Shown: positions 1 to 9,472, counted from the stretch's first letter. The stretch: DNA of 64,000 nucleotides from an uncultured Selenomonadales bacterium (GCA_905200615.1 CAJKLB010000005.1:1449-65448), one strand, 5' to 3'. Made by a program: numbers and translations. Notes: a model not told the origin generated them from the letters alone.

Positions 1-1202
1 CCTATTACGAAAAATGCCATCGCGCTTATGAAAAGATCTACGCGCGGGTAGGCTTACCGGAAGTGATTTCCGTTGCCTCGGATTCCGGCATGATGGGCGG
101 GAATATTTCGCACGAATTTATGCTGCTGACCCCCATAGGCGAAGATTCCATCGCGCTGTGCAAAGAATGCGGCTACCGCGCCAATATGGAAGCGGCCGAA
201 AGTATTTTCAAAAAAGAAAAAAATCAAGATTCCCAAGAGCTGACGCCGGTTTATACGCCCGGAATCCATACAATTGAAGATATCTGCGAATTTTTGCACA
301 GTAAAAAAGAACGTTCCTGCAAAGCGGTTGTTTATCAAAGAGATTCTGACAACCAGTACATTGTACTGTTTCTTCGCGGCGATCTTGAAGTAAATGAAAC
401 CAAACTTACCAATTTCTTAGGCTGCCCCGTTCATCCCGCCGTTATTACGCAGGAAAGCGGATTGCATGCCGGCTATATCGGGCCGGTGGATTTGAAAGGG
501 GATTTTATTGTACTGTATGATCGTTCTCTTGAAGGGCTGAACAATCTTTCCTGCGGCGCGAACCGGCCGGAATATCATTATACCGGATTGGATATGCAGC
601 GTGATGTCAAGGACGCTGTATATCATGATTTTGCAAAAATTTCAGAAGGGGGAATTTGCCCTCACTGCGGCGAAGCGGCAATTACCATTTCAAGAGGCAT
701 TGAAGTGGGAAACATCTTTCAGTTGGGCACAAAATATACAAAGGCCATGAATATGACCTATACCGATAAAGAAGGAGTACAGCAATATCCTTTCATGGGA
801 TGCTACGGAATCGGCGTGGGAAGACTTGCCGCCTCCATTTGTGAAGCGCATCACGATGATTTCGGCCCGATCTGGCCGATGTCAGTAGCGCCGTGGCAGG
901 TGCACCTGTGCGCGGTACGGGCCGATGACGCACAAACAAAAAGCTTTGCGGATCAATTGTATGCGCAATTACAGCAAAACGGAATTGAAGTAATCTATGA
1001 CGATCGCTCCGTCAGCGCGGGCATCATGTTCTCCGATGCCGATCTGCTGGGAGTCCCCCTCAGGGCCGTTGTCAGCCCCAGAAACATGAAGGAAAATGTG
1101 ATTGAGATCACGGCAAGAGATAAAAGCTTTTGCGAAAAAACCGCGCTGAAAGACGCCGCAGCACGGTTAATCCAGCTTGTTTCCGCATACCGCATCCAAT
1201 AG
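1..1202 (+). CDS. proS: Proline--tRNA ligase, C-terminal part (5' end lies outside the window)
   Basis: The frame is open from base 3. It has class II aaRS motifs (ADSG-like SDSGMMGGNISHEF, GCYGIGVGRL) and a C-terminal anticodon-binding region. Confidence 0.85.
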   Translation, partial: YYEKCHRAYEKIYARVGLPEVISVASDSGMMGGNISHEFMLLTPIGEDSIALCKECGYRANMEAAESIFKKEKNQDSQELTPVYTPGIHTIEDICEFLHSKKERSCKAVVYQRDSDNQYIVLFLRGDLEVNETKLTNFLGCPVHPAVITQESGLHAGYIGPVDLKGDFIVLYDRSLEGLNNLSCGANRPEYHYTGLDMQRDVKDAVYHDFAKISEGGICPHCGEAAITISRGIEVGNIFQLGTKYTKAMNMTYTDKEGVQQYPFMGCYGIGVGRLAASICEAHHDDFGPIWPMSVAPWQVHLCAVRADDAQTKSFADQLYAQLQQNGIEVIYDDRSVSAGIMFSDADLLGVPLRAVVSPRNMKENVIEITARDKSFCEKTALKDAAARLIQLVSAYRIQ

Positions 1203-1287
1203 TATTTCTTTATCCCAAACAAAATGAGATGTTTGACGGCCGAATCAAAATACCGCCCGGGGATTTTTCCCTGAGCGGTATTTTTTA

Positions 1288-1431
1288 TCATTTATCGTCT
1301 TTTTTCTGCTTCGTAACAGCATTAAGCAGTAAGGTGATAACAATAATAACGCCGATTACAATACCGATACTGAGCATACCGATTCCCATATATTTAAGAT
1401 TATCCAAAAAAGCTGTGGGATTAAAATTCAT
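1288..1431 (-). CDS. Small single-TM peptide (47 aa), possibly an OadG-like gamma subunit
   Basis: Hand translation gives MNFNPTAFLDNLKYMGIGMLSIGIVIGVIIVITLLLNAVTKQKKDDK. It starts 5 nt after the decarboxylase beta-subunit stop. It is below the ORF-track size cutoff. Confidence 0.3.
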   Translation of the reverse strand: MNFNPTAFLDNLKYMGIGMLSIGIVIGVIIVITLLLNAVTKQKKDDK

Positions 1432-1435
1432 GCCG

Positions 1436-2560
1436 TTAACCTCCCATAAAGAAATTAAGAATCAGTCCGCCGGCAATAACCGATGCTATCTGGCCGGAGA
1501 CATTGACGCCGATAGCCTGCATCAAAATAAAGTTCTGCGGATCTTCCGCCAACGCCATTTTATGCACAACTCTTCCAGACATCGGAAAAGCAGAAATCCC
1601 CGCCGCGCCAATCATAGGATTGATTTTTTTACGCAGGAACAGATTAAGGAATTTAGCAAACAGCACACCGCCGGCAGTATCAAAGATAAACGCCACCAAT
1701 CCAAGGCCTAAAATCAACAAGGTTTGCGGCCGCAGAAAGTCCGCCGCCTGCATTTTCGAAGCAATCGTAATTCCTAAAAAAATTGTAATTAAGTTTGCCA
1801 GCGTCTTTTGGGCGGTTTCGGAAAGAGAATTGAGCACGCCGCATTCACGAATCAAGTTTCCAAACATTAAAAATCCGATCAAGGATACGGAAGCCGGCGC
1901 GATAATTCCCGCGATAATTGTAATGATAATAGGAAACAGAATACGGGTAAGCTTGGAAACATCCTTCTGCACATAGGGCATACGAATCAGCCGTTCTTTT
2001 TTCGTGGTAAGCAGTTTGATAACCGGCGGCTGAATAATGGGAACGAGCGCCATGTAGGAATACGCTGCTACCATAATTGCGCCTAAATAGTGGGATTTCA
2101 GTTTTTGTGCCACCACAATAGAGGTAGGTCCGTCTGCCGCGCCGATGACTGCAATAGAAGCGGCATCATTGATATCAAAAAACATAGACGCAGTACACAG
2201 TGTAAAGAAAATACCGAATTGGGCCGCCGCGCCGAAAATCATCAATTTCGGATTGGCTAAAATCGGGCCGAAATCAATCATGGCGCCGATGCCGATAAAA
2301 AGAATCAGCGGAAAAAGTTCATTGGCAATACCCGCGTCAAAAAGAACGCTTAAAGCACCGTGCGTTTCCTCGCCGTTTATGATTTGCGTTACCGCACCGG
2401 AAAACGGCAGATTGACCAAAATAGTACCAAACCCCAACGGCAGTAAAAGCGTAGGTTCCATATCCTTTTTGATGGCCAAAAAAATCAAAATGCCGCCGAT
2501 CAGCCACATGACAATATGCTGCCAGTTGATAAGCAGCAGATTTTCGTATAAAATTTCCAT
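1436..2560 (-). CDS. Sodium ion-translocating decarboxylase beta subunit (OadB/GcdB/MmdB family)
   Basis: 374-aa polytopic membrane protein with the family-typical N-terminus and conserved segments (GFGTILVNLP, IGAADGPT). Confidence 0.8.
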   Translation of the reverse strand: MEILYENLLLINWQHIVMWLIGGILIFLAIKKDMEPTLLLPLGFGTILVNLPFSGAVTQIINGEETHGALSVLFDAGIANELFPLILFIGIGAMIDFGPILANPKLMIFGAAAQFGIFFTLCTASMFFDINDAASIAVIGAADGPTSIVVAQKLKSHYLGAIMVAAYSYMALVPIIQPPVIKLLTTKKERLIRMPYVQKDVSKLTRILFPIIITIIAGIIAPASVSLIGFLMFGNLIRECGVLNSLSETAQKTLANLITIFLGITIASKMQAADFLRPQTLLILGLGLVAFIFDTAGGVLFAKFLNLFLRKKINPMIGAAGISAFPMSGRVVHKMALAEDPQNFILMQAIGVNVSGQIASVIAGGLILNFFMGG

Positions 2561-2751
2561 TCACAATCCTCCGTATTGATCTTAAAATGCCCAAAAACAG
2601 GAATTTTCAAGAAGATATTATACCGTATAATAGAAAGGCTGGCAAATAGGTTTTTCTTTTGTTTACAAATTATTTACCGTTTTTCGACGGCTCAACCCCT
2701 TTTATAAGACCAATGACACAAAAAAGCAAAAGCTTCTGCCTCTTTTTTGTT

Positions 2752-3969
2752 TTATTTATTCCCCGCGGTTTTATTATAACCGCTATTAAACGCGTCATAA
2801 CGGGCAATCAGCTCCCGCTCGGTTTTATCAAGCTCATCCTTCGTTTTTAAAGGAATAATTTTTACCGCAAACAGATCTTCTCGGCTGTTTTTGCAGCTAT
2901 AATAATCTTCGGCAAAGATAATATTATTCGGAACCGTGCCGTTAAAATGCTGTGAAAGCCGTTTATACACGTCTTTTGACTGGCCTATATAATACCTATC
3001 ATTTTCAATATTGTGAATGATATAGCATCCCACAATCTTTTCATATGTAAAACTCTGAAATTGCTTTAAAGGCACAAATCCTCTTTCCTCATGGTAATAT
3101 TCTTCCAGCGGCACCGTTTCCTGCAGCCGCAGAGTATATTCTCTGTTAAGTGTCTCCGCTTCATCAGCCAGCTGATGCAATTTTTGCTGTAGTATCTTCT
3201 CTTGTTCATCATACACTTTTTGGGCATCAGCAAGTCGGGTATCTATATCCTCAAGCCGACAACTTATTTCTTGTATTTTTCCTTCAAGCTTTTGTTTTTT
3301 TCCTTTTAAAGAATCAACGCGGCCGGAAGAATGCAGCAAAAGCGCAAATCCAAAAGTAAAAATCACCGTCCAGACACCCGGAAGATTTTTTTTCGCTTTT
3401 TCTAAACGGTTGCAAAGTCGAATCAATCTTCTTTCCGTCTTTTCCTTTTTAGCAGCAGGATGTTTCCTTTGCATATCACAGGCTTTTTCCTGGTTTTGAT
3501 ATTGTTCCCGGACGGCAATGCACTGTATTTCTAATTCTTTCTTCGTTCTTTCATTTTTTTCCATAGCCTGATTCAGCTCTTCTTTCAATTGCTGCTTTCT
3601 AAACCAAGAGGGACGCGGAATCTTTAAATTCGCCTGAATAATCTCGCGGGCGAAATTACGTATCAAATCATCTGAATTCTTCGGAAGCTTTTCCAGTACG
3701 GCATTGGTAAGTTTTATGCTCTTTTCAATCTCTTTGTTTTTTTCTTTCCAGCCACTGTAGATAGGATATTTTCGATAGTTTATCGTTTTATACCGCTCAA
3801 TCGTACGATATTTTGTTTTTTGCAAAAATTGAATGCGGCAGACGCACGTTATATCATCAAAAGAAACGGAAAGAATACTGTATATAGGCGGCCATGATTT
3901 AGGTTCTTTGGCCATGGTTCTGTATTCACGCTCCATTGCATCTAAGAAAAATCCCCGGATACGTGCCAT
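2752..3969 (-). CDS. GIY-YIG nuclease-domain protein with long coiled coils and one central TM helix
   Basis: The C-terminus reads GCYIIHNIENDRYYIGQSKDVYKRLSQH...ELIARYDAFNSGYNK (GIY-YIG pattern). A central hydrophobic helix VWTVIFTFGFALLL is flanked by K/E/Q-rich heptad-like segments. Confidence 0.6.
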   Translation of the reverse strand: MARIRGFFLDAMEREYRTMAKEPKSWPPIYSILSVSFDDITCVCRIQFLQKTKYRTIERYKTINYRKYPIYSGWKEKNKEIEKSIKLTNAVLEKLPKNSDDLIRNFAREIIQANLKIPRPSWFRKQQLKEELNQAMEKNERTKKELEIQCIAVREQYQNQEKACDMQRKHPAAKKEKTERRLIRLCNRLEKAKKNLPGVWTVIFTFGFALLLHSSGRVDSLKGKKQKLEGKIQEISCRLEDIDTRLADAQKVYDEQEKILQQKLHQLADEAETLNREYTLRLQETVPLEEYYHEERGFVPLKQFQSFTYEKIVGCYIIHNIENDRYYIGQSKDVYKRLSQHFNGTVPNNIIFAEDYYSCKNSREDLFAVKIIPLKTKDELDKTERELIARYDAFNSGYNKTAGNK

Positions 3970-4009
3970 AACTCCTCCTGAATTTTAGCAAAAAATTTCC
4001 TTTTTATAA

Positions 4010-4026
4010 TATGACAAAATGTCATA
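4010..4026. promoter_or_regulatory. Perfect palindrome TATGACA-aaa-TGTCATA in the divergent intergenic region (putative XRE operator). An extra TGTCATA half-site lies at 4054-4060.
   Basis: Read directly from the sequence between the GIY-YIG and XRE genes. Confidence 0.4.
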
Positions 4027-4073
4027 AATGTCAAGACAAAAATATGCCATACTGTCATATAGAGGTGGCAAGA

Positions 4074-4286
4074 ATGGAAACAAATTTAAAAAAGCTGAGA
4101 ACAGCACGCGGACTTACACAAATCGCATTACAGATGAAAACCGGTATTGAACAGTCGCTGCTCTCCAAATACGAAACCGGTGAGCGTATTCCTCCTACCG
4201 AAACACTGCTTCTGCTTGCTGATTTTTATCAGGTGAGCATTGATTATATTCTAAAGCGAACGGAAAATCCGCGGATAAATTCCTAA
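4074..4286 (+). CDS. XRE-family helix-turn-helix transcriptional regulator (70 aa)
   Basis: METNLKKLRTARGLTQIALQMKTGIEQSLLSKYETGERIP is a classic Cro/C1 HTH. A GAGGTGG RBS lies upstream of the ATG at 4074. Confidence 0.8.
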   Translation: METNLKKLRTARGLTQIALQMKTGIEQSLLSKYETGERIPPTETLLLLADFYQVSIDYILKRTENPRINS

Positions 4287-4694
4287 GATTTTGCGATCTG
4301 TTTTAAAAGAATTTTGATTCGCGCCGCTGAATATAAAGCCGATATTCTTAATCAAAAATTTTTCCGAGAAGTTTTGTCTGCCCGAAATCGAGTGTTTCTG
4401 CGGGGTATCACAATTGGAAAAACTCAATATTTTGCAGTTGTTTCCAAAAGTTTTGGGAACGATTTTGGACGTGGCATACGGAGAGTTATCCGAGTGGACG
4501 AAGTGCAGCACTCGAAATTTTTCTCTGCCCGCAATGGCAAAAGAAACACAGGCATAAATCGGTTCGCCCGATAATCTGCATTCTCAAAGAATTATTGATT
4601 TTTCGGTGCCCTTGTAAGAATGAATCGCCGCATACATTGTTTTATCTCTTTTTGTATCAACCGTTTGAGAAAATTCATTTTCACACTCCTTCAT
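4251..4694 (-). pseudogene. Possible disrupted ORF: a 148-codon frame interrupted by a single in-frame TGA at 4584-4586
   Basis: The frame runs ATG 4694 ... TGA 4584-4586 ... stop 4251. No family was recognised. It overlaps the SNF-transporter promoter. Confidence 0.2.
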
Positions 4695-4722
4695 TGTCTT
4701 TTTATACCGCTTATGCTATAAT
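4694..4722 (+). promoter_or_regulatory. Sigma-70-like promoter (TTGTCT, 17-nt spacer, TATAAT) for the SNF transporter
   Basis: Hexamers and spacer were read directly. The site lies about 65 nt upstream of the ATG at 4787. Confidence 0.45.
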
Positions 4723-4786
4723 ATTTTCAATTGACTTTGAGACCGCCCCACACCGTCTCGGTAAAAAAAGCTATAAGGAGAGTTTT

Positions 4787-6268
4787 ATGGACGAAAGAGA
4801 AAAATTCAGCTCACGCATCGGCTTTATTCTGGTTTCCGCAGGATGTGCCGTCGGGCTGGGCAATGTATGGAAGTTTCCTTATATGTGCGGCCAATACGGC
4901 GGCGCCGCTTTTATTCTAATCTATTTAATCTTTCTTGCCGTTATGGGGTTTCCGATTCTGGTCTGTGAATTTTCGGTAGGCCGGGCAAGCCAAAAATCGA
5001 TAGCGGTTTCCTTTCATACTTTAGAGCCTGAGGGCAGCCGATGGCATAACTTTAAATATTTAGGCATGGCCGGAAATTATCTATTAATGATGTTTTATAC
5101 TGCCGTTGCCGGCTGGATGATCTATTATTGCTTTCGGTGCATAACCGGAGAATTTACCGACATTCCTTTAACGGCGGCGCAAACAGAACAAAAATTTAAT
5201 GAGATGCTGGCAGAACCCGGCCTTATGACATTTTGGATGGCAATCGTCGTTATTGTGTCTTTCGGCATATGTTTGCTCGGCATGCAAAAAGGCGTAGAAA
5301 AAATTACCAAGGCAATGATGTGCTGTCTGTTGCTTCTGATCGCAGCTTTAGCGGTAAATTCCCTATTTCTGCCCCGCGCGGAAAAAGGAATCGAATTTTA
5401 TTTGGTTCCTAACTTTGAAGCCATAAAAGAGCAGGGACTGGGCAATGTTATCTTCGGTGCAATGTCGCAGGCTTTTTTTACCTTGAGTATCGGAATCGGC
5501 TCCATGGCCATCTTCGGCAGCTATCTGGATAAAAGCCGTTCCCTCACGGGAGAATCGACGCATATTATTTTGCTGGACACCTTTGTTGCGCTGATGGCCG
5601 GACTGATTATCATTCCCGCCTGCTTTTCTTTCGGTATTGAACCCGGCTCAGGCCCCTCCCTCATTTTCATCACGCTCCCCAATATCTTTAACCAGATGGT
5701 AGGCGGCCGTATCTGGGGAAGCCTGTTTTTCCTGTTTATGTCTTTTGCCGCGCTTTCCACGGTGATTGCCGTATTTGAAAACATCACCTCCTTTGCTATG
5801 GATTTATACCAATGGAGCCGTAAAAAATCGGTGCTTATCAACGGTATCCTTATGCTGATACTTTCTATGCCATGTATCCTGGGTTTTAATCTGCTATCGG
5901 ATTGTATGCCCTTAGGGCAGGGAACCAACCTAATGGATTTAGAAGATTTTCTGGTATCCAATAATCTTCTTCCGTTGGGTTCACTGGCCTATCTGCTGTT
6001 CTGTACCTCCCGCGCCGGCTGGGGCTGGAACAACTTTTTAAATGAGGCCAATCAAGGAAGAGGCGCAAAATTCCCCAAGCAACTAAAATATTATATGACC
6101 TACGTTCTGCCCGCGATAATCGGGGTAATTTACCTGAAAGGATATTGGGACTTTTTTACGCAAAAAGATCCCGCGCATCGAACAGGGTGGATGATCTTTG
6201 CCGTATTTTTATTGGCTCTCATGCTATGGTTCGCCTTCGGAAATGTGCTGAAAAAGCGTAGAAAATAA
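4787..6268 (+). CDS. Sodium-dependent transporter, neurotransmitter:sodium symporter (SNF) family
   Basis: Carries the SNF signature GFILVSAGCAVGLGNVWKFPY and is polytopic. An AAGGAG RBS precedes the ATG at 4787, and the upstream part of the tracked ORF is leader sequence. Confidence 0.85.
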   Translation: MDEREKFSSRIGFILVSAGCAVGLGNVWKFPYMCGQYGGAAFILIYLIFLAVMGFPILVCEFSVGRASQKSIAVSFHTLEPEGSRWHNFKYLGMAGNYLLMMFYTAVAGWMIYYCFRCITGEFTDIPLTAAQTEQKFNEMLAEPGLMTFWMAIVVIVSFGICLLGMQKGVEKITKAMMCCLLLLIAALAVNSLFLPRAEKGIEFYLVPNFEAIKEQGLGNVIFGAMSQAFFTLSIGIGSMAIFGSYLDKSRSLTGESTHIILLDTFVALMAGLIIIPACFSFGIEPGSGPSLIFITLPNIFNQMVGGRIWGSLFFLFMSFAALSTVIAVFENITSFAMDLYQWSRKKSVLINGILMLILSMPCILGFNLLSDCMPLGQGTNLMDLEDFLVSNNLLPLGSLAYLLFCTSRAGWGWNNFLNEANQGRGAKFPKQLKYYMTYVLPAIIGVIYLKGYWDFFTQKDPAHRTGWMIFAVFLLALMLWFAFGNVLKKRRK

Positions 6269-6555
6269 TAAAGACTGTTTCCTATACCTATGGAACAGTC
6301 TCTGAGAGTGTCGCCAAAGTCAACCTTGGTCGGAGATTCCGTTCGCTCAAAAATAGTTGCTTTTCGAACTGCATTCAACCACCGCCCCCTATGCCCTTGA
6401 AGAATCACTTATCAAGCGGTTTTTTCGATTATAAGCAGTTTTTTCGATCACCGTCACCGAAAAAACAAAATGCGGCTGAACGCCGCAAAAAAATCATTTT
6501 TCAGGTTTTTCTACCGTCTGCATACTGTTATGGAACAGTCTCTGCTTTAATTGAA

Positions 6556-7713
6556 TTATTCAAGCCAACTTTTTCTTCCCGGATCCAGCGTAATATTGCT
6601 TTGGCCGTAAAGTGCCAGCTGTAGTTTTCGCGCGGCAACAGGAAAATCTACTTTCCAATACCAAAGATTATCCGCGGAATTTCGAAAGCCTTCAGCACAT
6701 TCCTCATCGGGAAGGGACATTTGCTTAATTTGATAGTCCAGCCAGCCATTGGTCAGAGCGTTGGTAGCATATCCCAGCATATCCGTTGACGAAAGCCCCG
6801 TGCGAATATACGGAATCATCGTATTCATCACGGAAATCAAAGAAGATACACCGTAGCTTTTGGCCTGCTTCAGCATTTGCATAATCACCTTTTGCTGTCG
6901 GTTCACGCGAGCCTCATCTCCGCCGATATTTTCCCGTATCCGCATATAGATAAGAGCTTCTTCTCCGGTTAAGGTATTCCGTCCGGTGCTTAAACGCTTC
7001 AGTCCGCATTTATTGCGTAAATATTGACTCTCCTCCTGAGTCAGTTCAATTTGCACCCCACCCATTGCGTCAATTACCTTTGGCAAGGATGCGAAATTTA
7101 CTACCGCATAATTATCAATAGATACTTTATAATAACATTCCAGCATTTCAATTTGCAGCGCGGGTCCGCCGTAAGCGTTGGCATGATGAAGCTTTTGAAA
7201 GGATCCCTGATTATCGTGCACAATATAGCTGTATTGATCGCGCATAATGGAGGTCAATGTAATGGTTTTGGTGCTGTGATTGATTGAAAAAATCACCATC
7301 GCGTCCGCGCGGGAATTGCTGCTCAGTTTTTCATTATCCATACCGATAAGCAGAATATTGGTTACGCTGTCTGAACGTACGGCCGTTCCATTATTCATCC
7401 AGTTTTTGATATTTGCCTGTAAATTATTTAGTTCATGGGGATGAATATCCTCCCCTTCCAAAGCTGCGCCAGCCTCATCGGAAATCGGCGCCAGCGTAGC
7501 AAGATTTCCAACCGAGGAACCGCCGCCTTCAATAATATTTCCCGCGGAATCAATATCTACCCCTTGGTTAGGCGTGTATTTGCCTTCGCTCATACGGCCG
7601 AAATACCATGTCCATGCACCAAAAGCGCACCCTAACACTAAAGTTGCGATAGCCAGTGCTACCGCAACAATCTGAAACATCAAACTTACATTGTCCTTGG
7701 TTTGAAATAACAT
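6556..7713 (-). CDS. LytR-CpsA-Psr (LCP) family cell-envelope phosphotransferase
   Basis: Has an N-terminal TM helix and the LCP core ILLIGMDN...RADAMVIFSIN...SIMRD. Confidence 0.8.
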   Translation of the reverse strand: MLFQTKDNVSLMFQIVAVALAIATLVLGCAFGAWTWYFGRMSEGKYTPNQGVDIDSAGNIIEGGGSSVGNLATLAPISDEAGAALEGEDIHPHELNNLQANIKNWMNNGTAVRSDSVTNILLIGMDNEKLSSNSRADAMVIFSINHSTKTITLTSIMRDQYSYIVHDNQGSFQKLHHANAYGGPALQIEMLECYYKVSIDNYAVVNFASLPKVIDAMGGVQIELTQEESQYLRNKCGLKRLSTGRNTLTGEEALIYMRIRENIGGDEARVNRQQKVIMQMLKQAKSYGVSSLISVMNTMIPYIRTGLSSTDMLGYATNALTNGWLDYQIKQMSLPDEECAEGFRNSADNLWYWKVDFPVAARKLQLALYGQSNITLDPGRKSWLE

Positions 7714-7968
7714 ATCAAGACCTCAATTTTACAGAATCTTCAAAAGCCAAACGGTTTTCAATGCATTATTAGTATAACATATTTTAAAAAATTTATCAAA
7801 CTTATAATGGTTTAATTGAAAAAGTTTCACAAACTCTTTATAGAGTTGTAAAAAGCGCTTTTCTAAACAAAATCAAAATTACAAAGCATACGTATACATT
7901 ATTCCGCTGTGAAAACAATATAACCAAAGAAATTTTCTTTTACGAAAAAACATAAAAATGAAATTACA

Positions 7969-7997
7969 TTGACGAAACGAACGTTCTTTTATATACT
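7969..7997 (+). promoter_or_regulatory. Sigma-70-like promoter (TTGACG, 17-nt spacer, TATACT) upstream of parA-like gene
   Basis: Hexamers read directly from the sequence. Confidence 0.4.
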
Positions 7998-8027
7998 TAT
8001 ACTATCAAATATTAACGGGTGATTTTT

Positions 8028-8822
8028 ATGAAAAAAACCATTACCATATGTTTTGCCAATAATAAAGGCGGATCGGGAAAATCCACTACTTGTTCCAATG
8101 TGGGGTACAGTCTGGCACAAAGCGGAAAAAAAGTACTGCTGATCGACGGAGATATGCAGCTGAATCTTTCCCTTTCTCTTTTTGAGGAAGATACCGTGCT
8201 CAAAATGGCGCAAGGGGAAAAAAATCTGTATTATGCCATCAAGAATCAGCTTCCGCTTGAAAAATTCATTATAAAAACACCGTATGAAAACCTGGACCTT
8301 ATTCCCTCCTCTACCCTGATGAGCGGAATCGAATATGAGCTTTTTACGAAATGGCAGCGCGAATTTATTTTAAAAAAATGCCTGAAAGAAGTGCAGGAAA
8401 GCGGTAAATATGATTATATCCTGATTGACGCGCCTCCAACTTTAGGCGGATGGGTTATGAATCTGCTCTGCGCGTCGGATTTTCTTTTAATTCCGGTAGA
8501 GGCCAGTCCCTGGGGACTTTTCGGTTTAGCCAATATGTTTGAATTTTATTCCGTAGTTCAGGAAATGGCTCCTCAATTAAAGATATTAGGCATTGCCGTT
8601 ACCAAGGTAAACGAAAGAAAAAACTATTTTAAACAAACCCTTGCTACCCTGCAGGAAATGAAAGATATTTATGTGTTTTCTTCCTATATTCGCGTAGACA
8701 GCGCGGTAGAATGGGCACAGGACGCCAGCAAACCTGTGGCGGCTTTCCGCAAAACAAGCAGAAGCGCTCTGGAATACGACGCGCTGGCACAGGAAATTCA
8801 CGCGATGGCCAACAAAAAATAA
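8028..8822 (+). CDS. ParA/Soj-family P-loop ATPase with no adjacent parB (orphan)
   Basis: Deviant Walker A NNKGGSGKST, and LLIDGDMQ. Confidence 0.8.
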   Translation: MKKTITICFANNKGGSGKSTTCSNVGYSLAQSGKKVLLIDGDMQLNLSLSLFEEDTVLKMAQGEKNLYYAIKNQLPLEKFIIKTPYENLDLIPSSTLMSGIEYELFTKWQREFILKKCLKEVQESGKYDYILIDAPPTLGGWVMNLLCASDFLLIPVEASPWGLFGLANMFEFYSVVQEMAPQLKILGIAVTKVNERKNYFKQTLATLQEMKDIYVFSSYIRVDSAVEWAQDASKPVAAFRKTSRSALEYDALAQEIHAMANKK

Positions 8823-8973
8823 CGCTTTTCTCTCAACGGTCTGCTGTTGTTTTATGTTTCTGCTTTTAGTATTATAAAAGAAGACTTATCGATATATCTT
8901 TTAAATGTCCGATAAAGTATATATTCTCAAAGAATGCGATTCTTTTTACTGTAAAAGCATCGCGCATAACCCT

Positions 8974-9020
8974 TATAAAAAATTGACTGAGGAAATAAAT
9001 TCCTCAGTCAATTTTATAAA
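8974..9020. terminator. Long AT-flanked hairpin (12-bp core TTGACTGAGGAA/TTCCTCAGTCAA) between convergent genes
   Basis: Inverted repeat read directly. A/T runs lie on both sides. Confidence 0.5.
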
Positions 9021-9079
9021 CCAGCTTCAAAATATTCAGCTATATCCACTGCTGAAATTTTTACACTTTACGACAATCT

Positions 9080-9472
9080 TTATTGAAGTCTGACATGATT
9101 TTTTACCTGGAAATTATGATCGTTCGATACAAGATAGATAATTCCCTCAATAAAGGCTACAAGTCCCGGTATTCCCGTCCAGCAAAACAGCAAATATAAA
9201 ACGCCCATGCCGGTTTTTCCCAGATAAAACTTATGAATGCCGAGACTGCCAACCAGAATGGCCAAAACACCTGCAACGATTTTACTTTTAATGGGCCAAG
9301 CGGGATTAATTCCGTCATTGGGCGCCGCCTGATAAACATTTTGCTGATAAAAAGCTTGCTGGGCTTGCGGCTGCGGCTGTGCTCTGACAATCGCTTCTCC
9401 GCAATAAGGACACTCTGTCGCATTTGCCGGAACAGGGGCTCCGCACTGTGAACATTTGTTTGTTTCTGCCAT
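9080..9472 (-). CDS. Zinc-ribbon plus TM2-domain membrane protein
   Basis: N-terminal CSQCGAPV...CPYCG zinc ribbon. C-terminal TM2-like GVLAILVGSLGIHKFYLGKTGMGVLYLLFCWTGIP. Confidence 0.7.
   Translation of the reverse strand: MAETNKCSQCGAPVPANATECPYCGEAIVRAQPQPQAQQAFYQQNVYQAAPNDGINPAWPIKSKIVAGVLAILVGSLGIHKFYLGKTGMGVLYLLFCWTGIPGLVAFIEGIIYLVSNDHNFQVKNHVRLQ

Noticed and set aside
6130-6624. ORFs 6130-6408 (-) and 6391-6624 (+) between the SNF transporter and the LCP gene
   Set aside because: They overlap flanking gene ends and terminator hairpins and have no RBS. The region is treated as non-coding (see the direct-repeat finding).
8905-9093. 62-aa ORF between parA and the TM2 gene
   Set aside because: It spans the long intergenic hairpin/terminator, has no RBS, and is AT-rich and low in complexity.
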